Of a stretch of DNA of 64,000 bases, positions 53,266-64,000 are shown in pieces; position 1 is the first letter of the stretch; the number at the start of each line of letters is the position of its first letter. The stretch is from Mizuhopecten yessoensis (lineage: Eukaryota). Made by a program: the position numbers and the translations under genes. The DNA lies in contig NW_018407853.1 of NCBI RefSeq assembly GCF_002113885.1, positions 596,955 to 660,954 on the forward strand. Direction: 5' to 3'. Under the pieces are notes generated by a model. That model was not told the origin of the DNA, ran no database searches, and worked only from the letters and a program-made list of their open reading frames with translations.

Positions 53266-54945
53266 CACTGCCCTCCAAAAGTTCTGTTACATTTGCTTTT
53301 TTCGATATATAATTAAAGTACAGAATTATGCTAATCTTGTTTTTATTATCATTTGTATATATTATTAACTAACTTATTGGACAAGTATTTCTGATTTTAT
53401 TATGTTAAGTTAACATAATATTGCAAAAATCAGCTTTTATGTAAATTGTCGAAAAAATTGTAATTCCATTAATATTTAGTGTATCCTCCACGAGCTCTAA
53501 TCACAGCCTGTATACGGTCAGGCATACTCCTAACCAAAGTTCTACATATCCTAGCAGGTATTCCATCCCATGCAAGCTGTAAGGCAGCTTCAAGTTCCCT
53601 TAGGTTTCTGCTCTTGTGTCGGCGAACTTCAAAACCCAGATCTCTCCACAAGTTTTCTATCGGGTTCAAGTCGGGGGACTGTGGGGGCCACTCCAAAGAC
53701 AGAATATTGTTGTCCTCCTTCCATTCGTTCACTTTTCGTGCCCGTTGGCATGGGGCACCGTCATACTGGAAGAAATATTTGTTTCCATAGCCTAGCAGAT
53801 GTGCTGATGGTACCGCGCTGTTTTCTAAAATGTCAATGTATTTGGTTCCGTTCAGATTTCCTTTCAAAGGAGTGATGTATCCAGTCCCTCGGTAGGACAT
53901 TACACCCCAAACTGTCACACCACCACCACCACCACCAAACTTAACTGTAGGCACTACAAAGTCTTGCCGCAATTGTTTATTTGCCCTACTTCTCACATAC
54001 GTCCTGCCATCTGTTTGGAAAATGGTGAACCTAGACTCGTCGGTCCATAAAAGAGTCAACCAGTCCACCAATGTCAAATTTGCATGGTTCTGTGCAAATG
54101 GCAATCTTTTCCGACAATGGGTAGCAGTCAAAAGTGTTTTTTGACAGCAACACAACCTTTCAATCCCGCATTGTGTAATCGTCTTTTCACTGTGGTATTC
54201 GACGCTACCAGAACCATTTTGGGTCCATTCCGTTCGAAGCTCAGGAACGGTATCCTTGCGATTTCTGAGGCTGGTCCGGACTAATAATCTATCATCCCGA
54301 GGGGTAAAATCCGTGGCCGGCCAGAACGTTCTCGATTCTCATAGTTCCCGGTATCTTGGAACTGTTTAATAGCCCGGTACACGTTCTGTCTGCAACAAAA
54401 GAGAAACAGTAAAACAACTATAGACAGGTTCTGGATAAGAAAAGTATGTAAATGCACCAAAATCCGCGATGAAAACATTCACTTACCTGCTGGTTCCAAG
54501 AATTCTTGCAGTTTGGGCGGTAGCAAAACCATTGCGATGGTAAAAAACACACTCGAATCGTTCTTCTCTTGTCATTCACTGCATTTCTTCTCACGAGTAT
54601 TTGCAAAGTGATTGAATAGTACAACTATACATAAGAGATAACAAATAATCAGTGAATGGTGAATAGTTATGTATTTTGTCATTTTAAATTATATTAAAAT
54701 TAAATACCGCGTACATTTAAGTAAATCTAACAATTCTCAAATATCTGATAGATTTATGTAAAATGTGAAATACCAGAATTGTTTGACAAAACCCTTTTTG
54801 TGATTCAATTTGGATAATCAATGATGGCAAATCATCTTAATCACATTATATCCCTTTTCATTAATAGAAACATATTTAAAGACATTTAATCAGATAATTT
54901 ATCAGCCAAATATAAAATATGAAACAGAACTTTTGGAGGGCAGTG
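53266..54945 (-). mobile_element. Full-length Tc1 (DD34E) transposon, 1680 bp, TA TSD, 27-bp TIRs, intron-containing transposase with frameshifts
   Basis: TA|CACTGCCCTCCAAAAGTTCTGTTACAT ... ATGAAACAGAACTTTTGGAGGGCAGTG|TA; WTDESRF, QYDGAP and SPDLNPIE with 34 residues between D and E; GRPR linker; GT-AG intron at 54486-54390. Confidence 0.95.
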
Positions 54946-55339
54946 TATATATATGATTTTGTTATGGTCTAGTTTTTTAACACAAACGTTTTTAGTTGAT
55001 TTTAATTAGTTGTCCTTTCTTTGGAAATATGTGTTGAATGAGGAGGACGGCTTCACTTTATCGTGGTCATGTTGTGAAGAGCAATACAACCGATTTTTAA
55101 ATCATTCCAATTTCACAATTACACAATGGTCATTGTAAAGTGACGTCTACTTTTCATTTCAAATCAATTCTTTTGCACTTAAGACATAATTGGATAAGGA
55201 ACAGGCATTGCCTATTAAAGCCCTTTCCAGAAGAAAATGCACACATTTCATACATTTATACATACACATATATGTATATATATAAAGAGAGAGAGTATGA
55301 TAGAGAAGATGTAACATACGTTCAAATGAATAGGAGAAT

Positions 55340-55790
55340 ACTAGAACCAATCAATAAATGTTCACAGAAAATGATAATTAATTTATCATACATTAACTTA
55401 GTCATAAAATTACTTCTAGGCTGCATCTATAGACCCACAAACTCTGTTTTGGAATATCACTGCACTTGGCAATGATTATATACTTATTGGAGACATCAAT
55501 CAAAATATGTTAAAAGTACAACCAAAATCTCACATCATGCGCATTATGAACAAGTTTGGCATTACTAATATTATTCACGAACCTACATGGATCACTCCTA
55601 CCTGTTCATCATCTCTCGGCACTATTATGACTAACAATACTGATATAGTAAAAAAAATCCCTCTTTTTATACTCCAATTTGTAGCGATCACTGTCCAATG
55701 AGTTGCAATATATTTTTCAAAACTCTTGAAAAGCTGTATGTAAAAAGATTATCATGTACTTTAATGATACTGACTTTGTTCATGCTAACA
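55340..55790 (+). mobile_element. LINE APE-endonuclease fragment
   Basis: LLLGCIYRP, YLLGDINQNML, IIHEPTWIT and SDHCP remnants. Confidence 0.65.
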
Positions 55791-56219
55791 TTTATCTAAT
55801 ATTGAAAGTAACATCTACTGCCCCAACCTGAATTTTACCATTGGTTTCACATACAATGGTAATTACAACAGAAGATTTTAACACAAGTCCTAAATAAATG
55901 CCTATTCAAGTCCGAAGAGTACCTTATAGAAGCGTCGATACTCAGATATAATTCACTTTAGTACTATACATGTCAACCATCATATGTTAATGTTATCAAG
56001 ATGTATTTTTTGAGATATTCCTTCAATATTATTAAATGTGGCTAAAATCAGTTAAAGTAATATGGCCAGTTGACTGTTTCTTGTCCTTTTAGCACAATTG
56101 TTAGTTGATACCAAGGATGATTCTAGTTAAGATTATATGGCTGTCAGTAGCTCGGAATAATAAGTCATGTTTACGACGGACCGTCAGCCGGGGTGAAATG
56201 ATACCTAGATGCTACTATA

Positions 56220-56822
56220 CAATTATGGACTTTTGTGCTGGTGAATATGATGTGATGTGAACCTGAAAGAGTGATATTGACTGAGGCGAAGCCGAGGTCA
56301 ATATCACTCTTTCAGGTTCATATCACATCATATTTACCAGCACAAAAGCCCATAACTGTTTTATTATATGCCTCAACAATAAAATAAAACAAAACTAAAG
56401 GTTCTGATTTTTGTACGCAAGCCTCTGTGTAATATTTAGCCAGGTTTGAATCAACAGTTCAGCATCGTAGCTTTCGAAGACATCGTCTAGGTTCTTTTTC
56501 CTTAAGATAAGCATGGAGGACATGCACTGCGTGTTCAATGGCCTTTTTATGTTAACAGCATCTTTATCCTTGAACAGTTTTGGTAATTTTCTGATGTAAC
56601 GGAGGAGAAACGTTCGCCAGCAGCCATCTTCAATTGTCGTCTGACAGATCGCGTTCCGGTCTAACTGCGCATGCGCTACGACAGGTTCCGGGGAATTTCC
56701 ATATAGGTTATATTTAGAAATCGATATTCACCGGATAACCAGTCTACATGAGTTTTTGAGGACTGGTCACGTGTATCTGATCCGACCAATGTGATTGCGA
56801 GAAATTTGTATGCATATAATAA
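56220..56822 (-). mobile_element. Non-autonomous Crypton-like element with a 59-bp-arm palindrome and a tyrosine-recombinase N-terminal remnant
   Basis: Arms 56223-56281 and 56297-56355 around GAGGCGAAGCCGAG; inverted repeat TTATTATATGC / GCATATAATAA; frameshifted MAAGERFSSVTSE..KLFKDKDAVN.KKAIEHAVHVLHAYLKEK..LAKYYTEA starting at 56627. Confidence 0.65.
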
Positions 56823-59469
56823 CTACAAATATTGCATATGTTTCAGAACACATAAAAACGCTATGGCCGTTTTGGTGTGGTAAATGGTTACATTGTGCAT
56901 AGAATTACTACATTTTTCAATATATCCTACCTTACTTCATGCTTCTAGTTATATATTTTCTCTGCAATGTGATAATCTCGGGTGACTGTTACCTTGCAGC
57001 TAGAATTTATCATACAGGAAGCTATACTTTAAAATACGTTAGGATTTAAACTGATGCTTCCCTAGTTTTTATGTCACTGACAGCATATTTCTTTAAATTT
57101 TCATGAAAACTACAGCATTTCAAAAATGAGACTTACATGTTTACATTAAGTTTCAAAGTTGAAAGCAGAGATAAGGAACATCAACTACCATTGTCTCCAA
57201 ACATTTTTTTACTTAGGATATAGGTTTCAAAGGTCATCCCAACATTGACAGAAAACAATTTTGCCATGTCATTTCTATCTATCTAACGTATGCCCTTGTA
57301 ATTATGAAAGATATTCCTATGTTAGATTCTGATAACGGTTGCAAGCCGCACACTATTCTGTCCACTATTACTATGAATTTGGCATTTCTCGCCAGCTGTA
57401 TATATCGCACATCCCAAAGTAGCATATAAATAATTAAAGCGCTGGTCAAAACTTGCAAGAAACCCAGCAGCAGAGTCAAACTTACAAAACACTTTATTAA
57501 ATGATTAATGGCAGGTAAAAAAAGGTCGGTCGGCGAGTCGGAGGCAGGCGGGCAGATTTCTTCCAATTTCTATCATTTCAAGAAATGGGTCGAGAGGGAG
57601 GAAGTCGGTTTGGTAAGTTCATTTGCATCATATATTAAAGTGTAGAAGGATGTCAGGACCACTAGAAACAATCCCATACCTCACCAGTCCACCCCCTAGA
57701 TCATACTTTGTTAAATATCATATATTTAATGTGTCTGATAATCTGACCTTGACCATACGTAAGATGAGCTTCATGCTCAATATGTTATCAAGAATAAATA
57801 AAGCATATTATTATCTATTGAATTCATTTCGTTGTGTTCTTGATTATTTCGTAGGTGTCAACAATAAATATTGTAGTTTATACTGCTTTTATGCAGTGTA
57901 AGTGTCGGACAATTATTGTCTTTTACCATGATAATATGTGTATGATGTACTTTCGGTTTAGGTTGCCTTACTGTACAATTTATATTGCTTTTGTCGGTTT
58001 TCAGTACGGATGTTTTCATGATTTATATACATTTATCACTATATACATATATTTTCTCAATGATATATTCATCTTTAATAAAAAAATATATATATTGATA
58101 TAGCCATGCATATACTAACCATTATGCATTGTACTCGTGGTAGGCGTATTCACATAAAAAATATCGGATCATTCTTTCACCTGATTTGATAATCAGCTTA
58201 TCAATCTAATAAACTTATGTTGGTGATGTGCTTTATCATGTATGACAATTATTTGAATACTTACATTTTTCTGTTCACTGTCAACTACATACACATGTTC
58301 ATCGATCTGAATGAGCACACATCCGCCCGACTTGAAATGTTTTATCAGTTGATAGCTCAACCTCTGTACTTGTCATGTGACAAAAATAAAATAGATATCT
58401 GTACTAGTCTGGTATAGCATGAAATATAGCTGACATTTTAAGGTAAAAAAAGTAAACTGGTAAGTTTAACCTTATTGTTTTAATGGATCACCTTGTCAGG
58501 TTTAAATAAATCGATAAAAACGCTCAAAACATCACTATAAATAATATCAATAATCCAGGAAAGCTTTGGAGATATGAAAGGGTAATTGTTTTCACCTTAG
58601 TAATTTTACCTTTTTTTAAATTGATTTTATTCTAATATCAGTCTGGTTGGCAACTATGTTTTTGATAGAAGAATAATTTAACACAATATCATTATCCCAA
58701 TCGGGACCAGTTTCACTTGCCTCGGAATCTTTCATTTGAGGCTTTGCCAGCAGGAACTGGGGAAGGCCAGAAAAATGGGGACTTATTGTACACCACTTTA
58801 TGTCAACATTTATATATTTCACTGTTGTTGATGTTCTGTTCGTCAGCGGAACACTCGAGGCTGTCCTGCTTATTTCAGCATACCCCCTCCCCAGTCAAAA
58901 TCAAATATCCATATCGATGTTTTGTTTACTATATTAATATAGTACTTGTATTTAAGTACCTATAATAGTAAGCTGATATTTGTATTCTTTTATGTATAAA
59001 TATACATCAGGGATCAGTGAAGGCAAAACACTTCAGAATTCCTGTTGGTATATTGATCTCCATGTAATGTTGGGAAAGCTTCTCAAGTTGGAGAACACCG
59101 TCACAGTACAGAAGCCTCTACTTAGTTTTGCTTTGAACATAACTGTAGCGACATAAGGTAAGTGTATAAGCATTGCCCAGGTAACCCAGTGTGTAAAGTT
59201 GACAGTATAACTATCTGAGCTTGATAGTTCGAATCCTAGTATCGTCGCGCTGGCTTTTACACACAAAACAATGCTGTTGATTTATTATTAGTGGTTTTAT
59301 CTTGGTGGTTATATTGTTTAGTCTACAAGGTGTGTGTTTTAAATGAGAAAAGTTATCGGCATGGCCTAAAAAATAAATAAAAGAAAAAGTTTCCAATTCA
59401 CAGTTTTAGTTTTTAGCAGTGGTACGAGGATCCTGAAAGGTGGAAATGACAATCGATTTACACAACTAT

Positions 59470-59774
59470 AATAATAGTAGGTCGTCTCAAAGCGGTTAAC
59501 AAATTATTATCCGTGGTTATAGGGCCTTTGCAACCACCCAATATCTTTCTCAACTCCCTGGGGAGCATACAGCCGGAGCTGCCATTTCGGCGCTAACAGC
59601 TAGCATTCAACAATTCTAGCACTGCCCAACCAAGTACTCATTTACAGCTGAGTAGACTGGAACAAGCGGAGTAAAGTATCTTGCTCAAAGATACAACACA
59701 GTGCCGTGCTGTGACTCGAACACACGCAACCCTTCGGTCACGAGCCCGGCGTCCTACCACTAGACTACCGTGCC
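59470..59774 (-). mobile_element. tRNA-derived SINE with a Deu/Nin-like central domain
   Basis: A box TAGTCTAGTGG, B box GTTCGAGTC, then CACTGTGTTGTATCTTTGAGCAAGATACTTTAC...TGTAAATGAGTAC...TATGCTCCCCAGGGGAGTTGAG and an (ATT)-like tail. Confidence 0.8.
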
Positions 59775-60539
59775 TACAGTTATACTGCAGTACTAATTGT
59801 GATAGATTAGGAACAGTGGGGGCTCAAGTGAGTGTTAGATTCTCCGTCTAAGAAACGATGAAAACTAAATGAAGACAAAGAACATTTGTAAAGTATCTGT
59901 TTTGTTTTTGTCGTGGGGCCAGACTATTTTGTTATCATCCAGGAATTAAAAACACATACGCTTTTTTATCAGGTTGATAACACAGACAGTATTGATAACT
60001 CTGGTAAAAGTGACTTCTATTATTTGATGACCATTCATTTAAATTCCCTCCGTGGCAATATGCCAGCTTACCATGTTAATAATATTTACACGTTACAGTT
60101 GATTTTCTATTTGAAAGACTGTTCATGTTTTCAATCTATCATTCAGACATTTTACGTTCGTTACACAACATGATTATGATATTTCATAGCGCTATTGAAT
60201 GTATATTATCGTGTCTTAGATAGTTGTTGACTTCATAACCATCTGTATTTGACTATATATGTCACGATAGGTTCTATGTTTGGTGCGAGCTATTTTGTTC
60301 TCTTACTTAATGCCTGATTTCGACTCCGTTATTATGGGGCTTTTTGAGGACTCATTTTTGTTTTAACTTTGTGTTTGTTTTTAAAGATAACGTTTAAATA
60401 CAAAGATAGGAATTTGATACAGAGTAGTCCTTGATGTGTTTCAAGTTATCTCAAAAATTATTTGTGAATCATACAGGACAGACAGGGTATACAGCAAGTC
60501 AGCGTTGGCGAAGCTTTAATCCATTTTCTTTGTACTAAT

Positions 60540-61280
60540 GGTATCTGATCAAATAATATCTATTGGATTCAAGATATTTAATTTGATATTGCGAGGATTT
60601 GGACAAATGCACAAAAGAAACGACATAATGAGACGTTGGATGGGGTTAAAAAGTAAAGCAACGTGGACGTTGGTAACTAGTTGTTATATAATATTTATGT
60701 TCGTGATATTATCAGTACAGCCTCCCCACACTGTACAGAAGTATACAAAATGCAACCTTCAACTTACTGACAGATACTTTTTGATACGACGGAGTAGCCC
60801 TCATCCACAACTTACCCTCTTCAGAATAAAATGTATATATTCTGAAAAAGATAAGTGGTGGTATAATTTTACTCCCAAAATCTTTTCAGTCTGTACCTGT
60901 TGTATTTTCACATTTTTAAATATCAAATTAGGTTCATTTTCACTTAACTTACAGCGCCACTGTTTAGTTGTTAAAACCATACATTTGTCTTATCTACGTT
61001 AACAATCATTTTATTGTCAGAACACCAATCTTCCACTTTCTTTAAATCATGTTCTAATTTCGCTCCGACAAGATCAACTGTTTTACCAGAAGCAGACAGT
61101 GTATAGTCGTCTGCGTACATATCTGTCCTGCAAGCAGTTATCAGCGGTAAATCGTTGATAAATACTAAAAACATTAAAGGACCAATGATTGAGCCCTAAG
61201 GTCCTCCATTGGTAATCCTCTCGGCCTCAGATAGATTTCCTGATATAGAGACTTTTTGATACCTATCACTTAGATAACAT
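60540..61280 (-). mobile_element. Degraded LINE RT fragment (CR1/L2 group)
   Basis: YLSDRYQKV...GSIIGPLMFLVFINDLP...DMYADDYTL...WCSDNKMIVNVDKT. Confidence 0.8.
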
Positions 61281-62029
61281 TTATGCTACGTTTCCGCTTG
61301 ATTCTTTTGACGTACATTAAAGGATTAAAGTAGTCTAATCATACCAGTATCTTCGATTTCGTCATGATTGCATGTCAACATTATCTACCAGAAGCCACAA
61401 GTAATGTCATTTTCATCATATCTTAGGTCGTTGGGTTCAATGTTGTGAATGGCAAAGCTCACACTGCCAGATAATCTGGTTATGTCTAGTTTTTCGTCGT
61501 TGTTTTAAGTTCAGTGGTTCGGTTTATCTTTCAGTTTGAAAGTTTGCAATCCAGAAATTTGTGTTGTCATTTTCACAGAGATTGTTGCCTACCATTTTTG
61601 CTATACTGAAGATAAATGTCAAGATATGACTCTTGTGAGGTGTAATTGTTGATGCCTTCAATTTCAAGTTCTTTGATGATAAATGATATGCTATGTAGCT
61701 GTTATCTCAGAAGCCGTTTTATCAATTCAGATGATACATGACAACCATTGCGCATGACTTGTTCTCTAAAGAATATGTAGTTTTTGTAGCAATGATATCT
61801 AACCAAACATATTTCTTTTCTATCAGTAAAAAAATATTTCTAGGTGTTTTGTCAAAGCGACAAGTAAGCCAATACTTTAAGACGTTGAATGGAAAGCGTT
61901 CAAAAGGGACGCAAATTCGAAGGTGAGGTAAGAAAACAACTATTTAAACGCCGGTGGTATTATTATTTGTTTGTCTGATAAAGTTTTCTTGTCATCTAGA
62001 AAAGGGAGGGAGGATTTCTTCTGGTCCAA

Positions 62030-62515
62030 CTGGAAGGAAATGGAGGGATGTTTCCTGTTTTTCTGTAGGTGAATGGATGCATGTTTCCTGTTTTCCTGTA
62101 GGTGACGACATACAAAAAAAAAAGGAAAACTACATACATAGGCACACACAGTCATCAATTAAACTCCCTTACAAAGGGAGGGATATACAAAACGGAGGCA
62201 ACCAAAACATATGTTTTGGATGTTTCATGTTTACCTGTAGGTGAATGGAGGGATGTTTGCTGTTTACCTGTAGGTGAATGGAGGGATGTTTACTGTTTAC
62301 CTGTAGGTGAATGGATGCACGTTTCCTGTTTTCCTGTAGGTGAATGGAGGGATGTTTCGTGTTAACCTGTAGGTGAATGGAGGGATGTTTCGTGTTTACC
62401 TGTAGGTGTATGGAGTGATGTTTACTGTTAACCTGGAGGAGAATGGATTGATGTTTCCTGTATCACCTGGAGAAGTAGAGGAAGTTCCCTGTGGTGTGTT
62501 TCCTGTCTCATCTGG
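62030..62515. repeat. ~33-bp minisatellite interrupted by a templated insert at about 62104-62217
   Basis: Unit CCTGTAGGTGAATGGAGGGATGTTTCCTGTTTA. Confidence 0.85.
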
Positions 62516-62569
62516 AGTTTAGGGAGTGTGAATACAAAGTCAACAGGATGATGTTATTAATATGTGTAA

Positions 62570-64000
62570 ATAACACTGCATTTATCAACATATTATTAAA
62601 ATCTCAATTTACAAAAACATACGCATTATCGTGGTCACTGACCAACTCAACTTCGCATACATATAAAATCTCAAATATATCTGTATCTAATACAAATGAG
62701 TGTCCGTGATTTACAAAATGCAAGTGGTAAGGAAGAAAAACATACGTTTTGGTTGCCTCCGTTATGTATATCCCTCCCTTTGCCAGGGAGTTTAATTGAT
62801 GGCTGTGTGTGCCTATGTATGTAGTTTTCCTTTTTTTGTAAGTCGTCAATGACGCAGATGACAAATATCCTCAGTTACACTTTTTTCCAGTATCTCCATG
62901 ACATTTGTTTTTAATATTTCATTAGCCCTTGTTTCATTGATTGAGAGATTGAAGCACAGTTATGTTCATACTTCGGTATTGTCTTGTTTGTTCCAACTAC
63001 AACATACAAACATGTCAAATGTACAAAGTTTGGTATCGCGATACCTTAGTCGTGTGTACAACTATAAAGAAAACGTACATTTGAAGCACATGATGTTTTT
63101 GAAAGAGTTGCACGTTCATAATCTATAGCAGCGAATAACGTACGCTCGTCCAAGTCGATTGCCCGATCAAAGCACCGTTTATGTGCATATGTAAAATGTC
63201 GCTACGTCCTCCGAATAATTTATTGGACTACATTCAATCGTTGGACATTTCTAGTTTTATATGTAGATCTTGAAGGTAAATTATACCGCATTGATTTTAA
63301 TTTGATCTCAGTTTCCTACTGCTGTCCTTGTTTATAATTATCGTGACATTTCAACTTAAAGAATGAAATGAAATTCCAGAACAGCATTTTGTGCAACATG
63401 ACTCTCAAGATGAATGTTTCAAAACTGGGTTTTTTGGGTTCTGTTGTCTACTTTGCTTTAAAGGAACATGTTCCAACATTACTCTGTGATTAAATGATAA
63501 AGATGGTCTTCCCCTAGCGTTTGTGTAAAATGTCGTCAGCAGTCCTTTTAATGCTTTTCTGAATCACGGATTCTATGTTGCAAAATTAAAGTAAAATACC
63601 TAATAAACAAATAAACGGTGGTTCAACTGCTTAAAGTATAGCTTTATTTGACATTGGAGTTAATTGCATAGGATAAAGAAGACAAAAAGTCAAAAACCGA
63701 ACATACCGTTTCCTAATTAGCAACCGTGTCAACAAATAATAGCTCATTGCACCCATTAACAAAGCAAATACATAAATACACCATTTCAGTTTACTTCTGT
63801 TTAAAATGAAAGACAATAACAAAATAGTGTTAGAGTTCTAGGTCGTCAAAAACAGCGAAATAAAAGTAAAAATGTAAAGGTTCTATTTTACAGTAAACCT
63901 CAATTTAACCTCCTTTTAACTTATTTTAAGTCACGCCTTGTTTTTTGTTCACAAAAACATGCTCTCAGCAATTCAGACAAAGCAAGTCGAGAGGACGTTT
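62570..64000 (+). repeat. Second copy of the 46150-47640 segment, running off the window end
   Basis: Co-linear similarity with 46150-47640. Confidence 0.9.

Noticed and set aside
59700-59774. tRNA gene
   Set aside because: It has A and B boxes but an imperfect cloverleaf and continues into a SINE body.

Overview
AT-rich, intron-containing animal genomic DNA. The gene and repeat repertoire points to a bivalve mollusc, probably scallop-like (inference). All gene models were built by hand from GT-AG sites and reading-frame phase. Genes: (1) the 3' part of a Mieap/SPATA18-domain gene (+, 176-6097); (2) a complete 10-exon type-I membrane protein of about 797 aa with signal peptide, Cys-rich EB/EGF-like modules, an S/T mucin stalk, a second Cys-rich block, a TM helix and a tail (-, 22390-8888); (3) a 4-exon CYP2-clan P450 (+, 36944-40248); (4) an intact 4-exon HSPA12 (-, 53132-49237) beside a broken, internally inverted paralogue; (5) a cryptic LINE-disrupted pseudogene (-, 34900-32471). 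Mobile DNA: a 5'-inverted Penelope-like element with a minimal hammerhead ribozyme and a nested CR1 (10-bp TSD), a full-length intron-bearing DD34E Tc1, several palindromic Crypton-like non-autonomous elements (one retains a tyrosine-recombinase N-terminus), a Helentron-like fragment, a Harbinger-type Myb/SANT remnant, a tRNA-derived SINE and several LINE fragments. There are many minisatellite arrays (27, 34, 35, 38, 42, ~60 and 61 bp). No CRISPR array or prokaryotic system is present. I cannot demonstrate a wholly new biological system. The most unusual items are the duplicated Cys-module/mucin receptor, the PLE-hammerhead nest and the Crypton-like hairpin family.
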